A stretch of 64,000 nucleotides of DNA, taken from Undibacterium sp. Its GTDB lineage: Bacteria > Pseudomonadota > Gammaproteobacteria > Burkholderiales > Burkholderiaceae_D. The stretch lies in NCBI GenBank assembly GCA_030645915.1, contig JAUSNO010000004.1, forward strand, positions 5,269-69,268, read 5' to 3'. The translations under genes were made by a program, and so were the position numbers. Position 1 is the first letter of the stretch. The number at the start of each line of letters is the position of its first letter. This document shows, piece after piece, positions 56,010 through 64,000 of the stretch. The notes below the pieces were generated by a model. That model ran no database searches. It was not told the DNA's origin and was given only the letters and a program-made list of their open reading frames with translations.

Positions 56010-58517
56010 ATGACGATACGCAAGACGGTGTTACCCGCAGTTAAATGCAGCAAATTTGCCTTGCTGGCGTTGATGCTGCCATTTTTTTCCCATGCGCAAA
56101 GTACGGGCGACAACCTGGTCGGGGAGAGCTTTAGCCCGAACAGGAATTATCGCGCAGAGATCCGCCGCACCAACATGGGTGTGCCGCATATCAAGGCCGA
56201 TAACTGGGGTGATCTGGGCTATGGCTATGGTTACGCGCAGGCGGAAGATAATCTCTGCACCATGGCCGACGCCTTCATCACCTACCGCGGAGAGCGCTCG
56301 CGTTATCTCGGTGCCGACGCAGGACCGGTAGCCGGATCTACGCTGGAGCTGGCGGCCAATATCGACTCCGATTTCTTTCATCGTCATGTCATCACGCCGC
56401 AGGGCGTATCGGCCATGATCAGCCAGCAACCGCAAGACCTGCGTGAACTGGTCACAGGGTTTGCCGCTGGTTACAACCGCTATGTACGCCAGATCAAGGG
56501 CGGCAACAATACCGCGCACAGCGCCTGCCGCTATGCCGCCTGGGTACGCCCGATACGCAGCGACGACATTTACCGCCGGCTGATGGCCGCCAACCTGGCG
56601 GGCGGCTATAGCAACTTCGTCAACGTGATCGCCAGCGCGCAGCCGCCGACCACGGCCACCGCCGCTACGCGGCAAAGCAAAGCGGCAGCAAGCAAACTGC
56701 TCCCAAGCCAGATCAAAGCGCCTAAATTGCAGGTCGGTGGCAAGCACGGTGTTGGCAGCAATATGATCGCTTATGGCAGCAACGCCAGCGATACCGGCAG
56801 CGCACTGTTATTCGGCAACCCGCATTGGTACTGGCGCGGCGCCGATCGTTTCTATCAGGCGCAGCTGACTATCCCTGGCAAGATCAACGTCAGCGGCGCC
56901 TCCTTCCTCGGCGTGCCGATGATACTGATCGGTCACAACGACAACGTGGCGTGGAGCCATACAGTCTCAGAAGCGCGGCGCTTCGGTTTCTTTGAACTGA
57001 CGCTGGCCAGCGATGACGCCACCAGCTATCTGCGCGACGGCAAAAAAATCAAGATGACGGCGGTGCCGATTACCATCGATGTCAAACAGGCCGATGGCCG
57101 CATTGGCCAGGTGCAGCGCACCTTGTACCGCTCCGAACATGGTCCCATCGCCAATCTAGGCCTGCTCAACCCTGGCCTGGCCTGGAATGCAGGTATGGCG
57201 TTTGCGATCAGGGATATCAATGCCGGCAATTACCGCAGCTTCCGCAATTGGTTAAGCTGGAACAAGGCGACTTCTCTGGACGAATTCATCCGCATCCAGA
57301 AAGACGAGAGCGCCATCCCCTGGGTCAATACTGCGGCGATCGGGCGCCATAGCAGCAAGGCCTGGTATGCCGACATAGGCGCAGTACCGAACGTCTCGCC
57401 ACAACAGCAAGAGCTGTGCACCACACCTATCGGCACCATGCTCAGTGCAGCCTTGCCGCGCGTGCCGTTCTTTGATGGCGCACAAAGCGCCTGCGACTGG
57501 AAGACCGATGCTGATTCCAAGCAACGCGGCGCCATCGGGCCATCGCGTCTGCCCAGCCTGCTGCGCTTTGACTATGTGGCCAACATGAACGACAGCTACT
57601 GGAGCAGCAATCCCAAGGCACTGCTGACCGGCTATCCCGACATCATGGGCGACACCGGCACCCATTCCCTGTCGATGCGCACCCGTCTTGGCCACACGTT
57701 GGCGCAAGGGCGGCTGGACGGCAATGACGGCTATCCCGGCAACAAGGCCAGCGTCGATACCGTCAAGCAAATGGTGCTCAACAGCCGCGCGCTGACGGCC
57801 GAACTGTTCAAGGCGCAAGCGCTGCCGCTGGTGTGCGCCACGCCGTCCATCAGCATCAACGGCGACCCGGAAACCGGCGACAGCTTCCCCGCGTTGGCAG
57901 TCGATGTGCGCTCTGCCTGTGCCGCCCTGCGTGGCTGGGACAATACCGGCAACACAAATGCCCGTGGCGCCCATGTCTGGGACGAGTTCTGGCGGCGTGC
58001 CGCCCTTTTGCCGGAGGCCGATTTGTACAGCGTGCAATTCAACCCCGCAGATCCCATCCACACCCCGCGTGATCTGAAAAACACCGCTGGCCCGGCCTTG
58101 CAGCAAGCCTTTGGCGCGGCCGTATTAAGGGTGCAGCGCAGCGGCTTTGGCATGAGCGCTGCACGTGGCGAGACCCTGTTTGTCACGCGTAACATGCGCA
58201 AGATAGGTCTGTACGGCGGCTGCGAAGAGTCAGGCTATTTCACCATCGCCTGTTCGGAGAATCGCCTGGATCAGGGCGGCTACAGCATGGATGGCAATCC
58301 AAACGGCAACAGCTACATGCAGATCGTCACCTTTGGCAACAGCGGGGTAGAAGCGCACACCTTCCTGACGTTCTCATTGTCAGACGATCCGGCATCGCCA
58401 CGCTACAGCAATTACACCGACCGATACGCCGGCAAGAACTGGCTCAGGTTGCCGTTTTCTGAAACGGATATCCGTCATGATGCGGCATACAGAAGCGTAA
58501 CTGTCAGTGAGTGGTAA
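56010..58517 (+). CDS. penicillin-acylase-family Ntn hydrolase (acyl-homoserine-lactone acylase-like)
   Basis: Signal peptide. Alpha-subunit blocks (GVPHIKADNWGDLGYGYGYAQAEDNLC). Predicted autoprocessing site G-SNMIAYG followed by LLFGNPHWYW. Confidence 0.85.
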   Translation: MTIRKTVLPAVKCSKFALLALMLPFFSHAQSTGDNLVGESFSPNRNYRAEIRRTNMGVPHIKADNWGDLGYGYGYAQAEDNLCTMADAFITYRGERSRYLGADAGPVAGSTLELAANIDSDFFHRHVITPQGVSAMISQQPQDLRELVTGFAAGYNRYVRQIKGGNNTAHSACRYAAWVRPIRSDDIYRRLMAANLAGGYSNFVNVIASAQPPTTATAATRQSKAAASKLLPSQIKAPKLQVGGKHGVGSNMIAYGSNASDTGSALLFGNPHWYWRGADRFYQAQLTIPGKINVSGASFLGVPMILIGHNDNVAWSHTVSEARRFGFFELTLASDDATSYLRDGKKIKMTAVPITIDVKQADGRIGQVQRTLYRSEHGPIANLGLLNPGLAWNAGMAFAIRDINAGNYRSFRNWLSWNKATSLDEFIRIQKDESAIPWVNTAAIGRHSSKAWYADIGAVPNVSPQQQELCTTPIGTMLSAALPRVPFFDGAQSACDWKTDADSKQRGAIGPSRLPSLLRFDYVANMNDSYWSSNPKALLTGYPDIMGDTGTHSLSMRTRLGHTLAQGRLDGNDGYPGNKASVDTVKQMVLNSRALTAELFKAQALPLVCATPSISINGDPETGDSFPALAVDVRSACAALRGWDNTGNTNARGAHVWDEFWRRAALLPEADLYSVQFNPADPIHTPRDLKNTAGPALQQAFGAAVLRVQRSGFGMSAARGETLFVTRNMRKIGLYGGCEESGYFTIACSENRLDQGGYSMDGNPNGNSYMQIVTFGNSGVEAHTFLTFSLSDDPASPRYSNYTDRYAGKNWLRLPFSETDIRHDAAYRSVTVSEW

Positions 58518-58544
58518 TCAGGAAATTTTGTAGAGAAAATAGAC

Positions 58545-58578
58545 ATGCCGGATGCTAAACACATCCGGCATTTTCTTA
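58545..58578 (+). terminator. rho-independent terminator of the acylase gene
   Basis: ATGCCGGATG-CTAAACA-CATCCGGCAT followed by TTTTCTT. Confidence 0.7.
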
Positions 58579-58693
58579 TCCAATTCTTCCTGAGCTTGTA
58601 CTTCACCGTACGATAAAAACGCCCTCGCACGTGGGAGATGGGCTCAACATAGCGACCCGAACAGTGACGCAGATAAAAATTTAAAATGGCATG

Positions 58694-58780
58694 CTCCAGC
58701 ACGCAACACCCATGCGCCCTGCAGGCCAGGCAGGCTGCAAACCCGCATGGACAGTGCGCCCCGCCTAGTGCGTGCTGGCG
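58694..58780. repeat. REP-like element (family A, opposite orientation)
   Basis: CTCCAGCACGCAACACCCATGCGCCCTGCAGGCCAGGCAGGCTGCAAACCCGCATGG...GTGCGTGCTGGCGG. The loop is the reverse complement of the loop at 28441-28515. Confidence 0.7.
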
Positions 58781-58898
58781 GCATGGGTTTTGAAAATTCC
58801 CCACAATTTTGCCGCAACAGCGCTTAAATCCGGCTCGCGTGGCCTCAATGCGGGGTGCCGTATGCTAAGGTAAGGGCTCTCCCCCTTTGCTCAAGATT

Positions 58899-59675
58899 AT
58901 GTGCCAGCTACTCGGAATGAACTGCAATACCCCCACCGATATCGTGTTTAGTTTCACCGGTTTTGCCATGCGCGGCGGCACTACCGATGAGCACAAGGAT
59001 GGCTGGGGCATCGCCTTCTTTGAAGGCAATGGCGTGCGCCATTTTGTCGATCATCAGGCGGCGATAGATTCGCCGATTGCCGAGCTGATCAAGCGCTATC
59101 CGATCAAGTCCAGGAACGTGATTGCGCATATCCGCAAGGCTACGCAAGGCGTGGTCAGTCTGGAAAACTGCCACCCGTTTGTACGCGAGTGCTGGGGCCG
59201 CTATTGGGTGTTTGCCCATAACGGCGACCTGAAGGATTTTGCCCCTGTGCTCGATGGCGCTTACCATCCGGTCGGCAGTACCGACAGTGAACTGGCGTTC
59301 TGTTATGTGATGCAGGAGATGCGCCGGCAATTTGGTGATAGCTTGCCGGGGGTAACGGAGATGGCGGCTTTCTTGCGCAGGATAGGCGCGCAGATTGCCG
59401 CGCATGGCACCTTCAACATGATGCTGTCCAACGGTGAGGCGCTGTTTGTCCATTGCTCGACCACACTACATTACATCGTGCGGCAATATCCGTTTACTAC
59501 CGCTACCTTGTCGGATGAAGATGTGGCGATCGATTTTTCTGAGGTGACGACGCCGCGCGACAAGGTGGCGGTGATTGTGACCGAACCGCTGACGACCAAT
59601 GAGAACTGGACCGCCTTCTTGCCGGGTGAGCTGAAGGTGTTTGTCGACGGTGATGTATGGCGCGAATTGGCTTAA
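58899..59675 (+). CDS. class II (Ntn-type, YafJ-like) glutamine amidotransferase
   Basis: MCQLLGMNCNTPTDI with Cys2 as the nucleophile, DGWGIAFFEG, and HIRKATQG. The track start at 58887 is a TTG. Confidence 0.85.
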   Translation: MCQLLGMNCNTPTDIVFSFTGFAMRGGTTDEHKDGWGIAFFEGNGVRHFVDHQAAIDSPIAELIKRYPIKSRNVIAHIRKATQGVVSLENCHPFVRECWGRYWVFAHNGDLKDFAPVLDGAYHPVGSTDSELAFCYVMQEMRRQFGDSLPGVTEMAAFLRRIGAQIAAHGTFNMMLSNGEALFVHCSTTLHYIVRQYPFTTATLSDEDVAIDFSEVTTPRDKVAVIVTEPLTTNENWTAFLPGELKVFVDGDVWRELA

Positions 59676-59791
59676 TCGTGGATTAATCGTGGCTTTAGCT
59701 GAGCCTGATCATTTCCCATTCAGGTTTTCTGTAATAAGCTGACGCAGCATATCCGCCTATTTCCATTTCACTACAGGTAAAAAGACCAGCC

Positions 59792-61972
59792 ATGAAGCTA
59801 GACGTCCGTACCATCATGTTCGTTATCATCATTGGTAGCTTGCTCATGAGTGCCGGCCTGTTTTCTGTCGCGCGCGGTTATATGGGGCAAGTGCATGGGG
59901 TGTCTCGCTGGGCCCGAGCCACCTTGATCCAGACGTTGGGCTGGATCATTGTGGGTGTCTTGCGCGGCGTTATTCCGGATGTCATCTCTATCGTGCTGGG
60001 CAACGGCCTGATCCAGCTTTCCCTGGCGATGTACCTGATTATCCTGGCGCAATTCAACGACAGGCCGATACGTTCCTCTGCGGTGTATGGTGTCGTGATT
60101 GCCGTCAGTGCAGTGCTGTTTTATTTTTCCGCCATCGACGCCAATTTGCAGGCGCGTAATATCGTGGTTTCTGTGTCCGGTGCTTTTTTTACCTTGAAAA
60201 GCATGCACATATTGTTGTCCAGGCGTGAATCTCCTCCCCCTAGCCATACATTTACCGCCAGCCTGTTCGTGCTGTGTGGCGGCTTCATGGTGTTTCGTAG
60301 CTTTTATTTTTTGATCATGAATCCGGATCAACATCTGCCGGCGTTTGCGTTTAGCCCGATTAATGAAGTGTCGTATCTGATTTTTTATGTTTTTGCCGTG
60401 ATGCTCACTTTCGGGTTTGTCTTGATGTGCAATGACCGCTACGTCACGCAACAAAAACAGGCCGAGGAAGCCTTGCAGAAGAGCCACCACTTGCTGACCA
60501 AACTGTCGGCGCAGGTACCGGGCGCAATTTACCAGTTTCAGTTGTTTCCTGACGGCCGCATGTGTTTTCCGTATGCCAGCCAGGGGATACAACAAATTTA
60601 TGAAGTGACGCCGGAGCAGGTGCGAGATAACGCCGCGCCCGTGTTCTTACGGATACACCCCGATGACACCGCCATAATGATGGAATCGGTCCAATTGTCG
60701 GCGCGCACGATGCAGGCCTGGGTGATGGAATATCGCGTGATTTTACCCGTGCAAGGCTTGCGCTGGCGCCTGGGTCAGGCGCAACCTGAGCGTTTGCCCG
60801 ACGGTAGCATTTTGTGGCATGGCTTCATTACCGACATCACCGACAGGGCGCTGGCACAGGCCAAGCAGAAACAACTGGAAGACGATGTGCGTACCGGCTA
60901 CGAGGCGCTCAAGGCAAGTGAGCAGCGCCTGCGCCGCTTGATGAATTCAAGCCTGATCGGGATCGTGCAGGGCGATGCATCGGGCCACCTGACGGAAGCC
61001 AATGACGTGTTGCTGCAGATGGCAGGCTACTCGCGACAGGCATTCACCGAAGGCCCCGTCAACTGGTTCGACATGACGCCACCTGCCGCGCTGGCACAGC
61101 ACATGCAGGCGCTCAGGGATCTGGCCCAGCATGAAGTCATTACCCCGTTCGAAAGCCAGATGCAGGCGCAAGATGGCAGTGCCATACCGGTCATGCTGGG
61201 GTTAGCGCAGCTGGAAGGCAGCGACAACGAATGGGTCGGTTTTGTGCTGGATTTGCGGGAACAAAAGCGCATCGACAAGCTTAAATCCGAATTCATTTCT
61301 GTCGTCAGCCATGAGCTAAGGACGCCGCTGACGTCGATCAAGGGTTCGCTCGGCTTATTGGAGGGCGGTATCGCCGGCGAGCTGCCGCCCAAGGCCATGC
61401 AACTGATTCACATTGCGCACAAGAACAGCCTGCGGTTGGCCAATCTGGTCAACGATATTCTCGACATGGAAAAACTCGCTTCCGGCAAGATGCGCATGCA
61501 GTTGCAAGCGGTGAATCTGGTCAGCCTGGCAAAACAGGCGACGGAAGCCAATGCCAGCTATGCCGAAAAATTCAAGGTGCGCTATCACCTCGGCGCGCAT
61601 CCCGACTACGCCAATGTGTTGGCTGATGCCGACAGATTGATGCAGGTGTTTGCCAATTTATTATCCAACGCCGCCAAATTTTCTCCTGCCGGAGACCTGG
61701 TTGAATTACGCATCCTTGTGCAAGGCCATCAATTTCGGGTAGAAATAGAAGATCATGGCAGCGGCATACCTGCGGCTTTTCGCGAACGTATTTTTGGCAA
61801 GTTTGCCCAGGCCGACGGCACCGCCACCCGGCAGCTGGAGGGTGCAGGTTTAGGCTTGAATATCACCAAAACACTGATAGAAAAAATGGGGGGAGAGATC
61901 GGCTTCACTTCTGAAGAGCACATTTCAACGGTGTTCTGGTTCTCGCTGCCTTCCGCTCAGGAACATACTTAA
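59792..61972 (+). CDS. membrane-bound PAS-domain sensor histidine kinase (no receiver, no adjacent regulator)
   Basis: About 6-7 N-terminal TM segments, two PAS-like regions, H-box VVSHELRTPLTSIKG, N/G boxes LLSNAAKFS and GAGLGLNITK. Confidence 0.85.
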   Translation: MKLDVRTIMFVIIIGSLLMSAGLFSVARGYMGQVHGVSRWARATLIQTLGWIIVGVLRGVIPDVISIVLGNGLIQLSLAMYLIILAQFNDRPIRSSAVYGVVIAVSAVLFYFSAIDANLQARNIVVSVSGAFFTLKSMHILLSRRESPPPSHTFTASLFVLCGGFMVFRSFYFLIMNPDQHLPAFAFSPINEVSYLIFYVFAVMLTFGFVLMCNDRYVTQQKQAEEALQKSHHLLTKLSAQVPGAIYQFQLFPDGRMCFPYASQGIQQIYEVTPEQVRDNAAPVFLRIHPDDTAIMMESVQLSARTMQAWVMEYRVILPVQGLRWRLGQAQPERLPDGSILWHGFITDITDRALAQAKQKQLEDDVRTGYEALKASEQRLRRLMNSSLIGIVQGDASGHLTEANDVLLQMAGYSRQAFTEGPVNWFDMTPPAALAQHMQALRDLAQHEVITPFESQMQAQDGSAIPVMLGLAQLEGSDNEWVGFVLDLREQKRIDKLKSEFISVVSHELRTPLTSIKGSLGLLEGGIAGELPPKAMQLIHIAHKNSLRLANLVNDILDMEKLASGKMRMQLQAVNLVSLAKQATEANASYAEKFKVRYHLGAHPDYANVLADADRLMQVFANLLSNAAKFSPAGDLVELRILVQGHQFRVEIEDHGSGIPAAFRERIFGKFAQADGTATRQLEGAGLGLNITKTLIEKMGGEIGFTSEEHISTVFWFSLPSAQEHT

Positions 61973-62129
61973 GGAACCGTTCAAAAATTAATGTCACATT
62001 TGGAGCGGCTCTGGCCGGCGCGCTGCGGCGTTGCTCGTCGTCGCCATAGCTCGCTATGACTCCTCCTCGCGCCTTGCATCGCATCCCGCCAGAACCACCC
62101 AAACGTAACACTTATTTTTTCACGGCTCC
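61973..62129. mobile_element. 157-bp fold-back element related to family C
   Basis: Imperfect termini GGAACCGTTCAAAAATTAATGTCAC / GTAACACTTATTTTTTCACGGCTCC. The central hairpin CATAGCTCGCTATG shares the ATAGCTCGCTAT core with the family C elements. Confidence 0.55.
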
Positions 62130-62175
62130 TAAATTCGGCAAACTCTGATGTAAACTTTGACGGACTCGCCGGAAC

Positions 62176-64000
62176 ATGAAGTTCACTCCGGTTTTTTCAA
62201 CCATCGACACGCAGAGACGCCTCTTGTTCAAAAAAACACTATTCCCACTGGCCGCCGCTGTAGCTGCGGCAACTGCGCTAGCGACCTTCAGCCTGCAGGT
62301 ACAGGCAGATGAAGGTCAATGGCAGCCACATCAGCTGCCTCAGCTCAAGAGTGAGCTAAAACGCATCGGCATCACCATCCCCGCCGAGAAGCTGGCAGAT
62401 CTGGGCAAGCACCCGATGAGCGCCATGGCTTCGCTGGGCGGCTGTTCTGCCTCGTTCGTCTCCAATGCCGGCCTGGCGGTCACCAACCATCACTGTGCCT
62501 ATGGCGCGGTACAGCGCAATTCCAGCGCGGCGCGTAACCTGATCGCCGATGGCTTTCTGGCCAAGACCCTGGCAGAAGAATTGCCGGCCGGGCCTAGCGA
62601 ACGTATTTATGTGACCGATAAGGTCGAGACCGTCACCGCGCGCGTGACCGGTGGTCTTGCTGCCGGCTTGTCCGGACGTGAGCGCCACGAGCAGATTCAA
62701 CGCCGCATCAAGGCCCTGATCCTTGAATGCGAACAGGACAAGGCCTACCGCTGTTCGGTACCGAGCTTTCATCGCGGCATGGAGTATTACCGCATTCGGC
62801 AGCTGATGATACGTGACGTGCGTCTGGTGTATGCACCGTCCGACAAGATCGGCAACTTCGGCGGCGATGTCGATAATTTCGAGTGGCCGCGCCATACCGG
62901 CGATTTCGCCTTCCTGCGCGCTTATGTCGGCAAGGATGGCCGCCCGGCGGACCCATCCCCCGGCAATGTGCCTTACCGATCCAAAGACTTCCTGCAGATT
63001 TCTGCCGAAGGCCTGAAGGCCGGTGATCCTATTCTGCTGGCGGGTTATCCGGGGCGTACCAGCCGCTATAAATTGCCGGTTGAAATCCGTCATGCGCGCG
63101 ATATCGGCTATCCACGGCTGGTGACCGAAGCGCAAGCCGACCTGAACGAAATCGCCAGGGCAACGCAAGACAACCCGGAATCCGTCGTGCGCTATGCCAG
63201 CGTGGCAAAGAGCATCAATAACCGGATGAAGAAATCACAAGGCCTGATCGATGGTTTTGCGCGCAAGGATATCGCCGCGATCAAGGATGTGCAGAATACA
63301 GAGTTTCGATTGTGGTTTGCCCGGCACGGCAAGGATGCGGGGTTGCTCAGCGAGCTGGAGCAGGTGATTGCCGCCGATATCGCCTTGAGCGAACAGGAAT
63401 TTGCCTGGACCGTGGCGACCCACAGCGAGATGCTGCGCAGTGCGCGCACTCTGTATCGCCTGGCGCTGGAGCGCAACAAGCCCGATGCCGAGCGCGAATC
63501 GGGTTATCAGGAACGCGACCTCGCCTTCATCAAGGCCCGCCTGACACGGCTGGAACAATCTTTCGTCAGCAGCGTCGATCAGGCGCGCTGGCAGGCGGCG
63601 TTGCAGCGCTATGCCGCGCTGCCGGCCAACGCGCATCCGGCAGGTGTCGATGCGCTCTTGCCTGCGGCGTCTTCCATCGCTGCGCTATACACACAAACGC
63701 GACTGAGCAACACCGCTCAGCGCCTGGGGTGGATGGATAAAAATGCCGACGACATGGCGCAATCGGATGAGCCTTTCCTGCAACTGGCCGCCAAGCTGTA
63801 TCAGGCGGGCGATCAGCTGGAAAAAAATCGCAAGGAGGTAGATGGCAATCTGGAACGCATCATCCCGCGTTACATGCAGGCCGTCATCGCGTGGAAAAAA
63901 TCGCAAGGCAAGCCGGTCTATGCTGACGCCAATTCGACCTTGCGCGTGACCTTCGGCACCGTGGCACCCTATTCGCAACGCGACGGCATCAGCAAGGGGC
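62176..64000 (+). CDS. S46-family dipeptidyl-peptidase (DPP7/DPP11-like), 5' partial (continues beyond the window)
   Basis: Not in the ORF track because there is no stop inside the window. The frame is open from the ATG at 62176 to 64000. Signal peptide, then ADEGQWQPHQLP, GGCSASFVSNAGLAVTNHHC (catalytic His), and FGGDVDNFEWPRHTGDFAFLR (catalytic Asp). ANSTLRVTFGTV lies near the window end. Confidence 0.88.
   Translation, partial: MKFTPVFSTIDTQRRLLFKKTLFPLAAAVAAATALATFSLQVQADEGQWQPHQLPQLKSELKRIGITIPAEKLADLGKHPMSAMASLGGCSASFVSNAGLAVTNHHCAYGAVQRNSSAARNLIADGFLAKTLAEELPAGPSERIYVTDKVETVTARVTGGLAAGLSGRERHEQIQRRIKALILECEQDKAYRCSVPSFHRGMEYYRIRQLMIRDVRLVYAPSDKIGNFGGDVDNFEWPRHTGDFAFLRAYVGKDGRPADPSPGNVPYRSKDFLQISAEGLKAGDPILLAGYPGRTSRYKLPVEIRHARDIGYPRLVTEAQADLNEIARATQDNPESVVRYASVAKSINNRMKKSQGLIDGFARKDIAAIKDVQNTEFRLWFARHGKDAGLLSELEQVIAADIALSEQEFAWTVATHSEMLRSARTLYRLALERNKPDAERESGYQERDLAFIKARLTRLEQSFVSSVDQARWQAALQRYAALPANAHPAGVDALLPAASSIAALYTQTRLSNTAQRLGWMDKNADDMAQSDEPFLQLAAKLYQAGDQLEKNRKEVDGNLERIIPRYMQAVIAWKKSQGKPVYADANSTLRVTFGTVAPYSQRDGISKG

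Overview
This 64-kb chromosomal window holds about 50 protein-coding genes. I saw no rRNA, tRNA or CRISPR array by eye. Gene content and moderately high GC suggest a betaproteobacterium of the Burkholderiales/Oxalobacteraceae type, but that is inference only. Main blocks: (1) 148-4513: membrane and sulfur-redox genes (DUF808, fatty-acid hydroxylase, DsrE-like, ArsR-rhodanese regulator, exported MsrB-MsrA). (2) 4830-13267: an eight-gene minus-strand operon built around an AS3MT-type ArsM methyltransferase and a radical-SAM ArsS-like enzyme. It also carries two putative glycosyltransferases, two flavoprotein reductases (one fused to a TVP38/DedA-like membrane domain), an MTAP-like phosphorylase and an exported DUF3047 protein. 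This is the most interesting system here; most of its genes have no assigned function. (3) 13486-28386: potassium homeostasis (ProQ-like protein, an N-terminally truncated KdpD-like kinase plus KdpE-like regulator next to kup, then kdpF-like/kdpFABCDE and a TorF-family porin). (4) 28801-31638: GST and a low-GC S9 peptidase. (5) 31842-40024: reductive pyrimidine catabolism (preT-preA-NCS1-dihydropyrimidinase-carbamoylase plus a RutR-like regulator). (6) 40152-40793: a low-GC PEP-CTERM protein. (7) 41053-45436: TetR regulator plus SCPx-type thiolase, acyl-CoA dehydrogenase and AMACR-like racemase. (8) 45556-51481: MBL-fold protein, LysR, LLM oxidoreductase, DUF1631, OsmC. (9) 51783-55580: a small low-GC insertion bounded by 198-bp direct repeats, next to an overlapping FHA-membrane protein / S1 protease gene pair. 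(10) 56010-64000: Ntn acylase, class II amidotransferase, PAS histidine kinase, and the 5' part of an S46 peptidase that runs off the window and is missing from the ORF track. Intergenic DNA carries at least three families of palindromic repeats (long GC-rich REP-like hairpins, CACGAAA fold-backs, and about 180-bp MITE-like elements with a shorter related form). All product calls rest on motifs and remembered family signatures, not on database searches.
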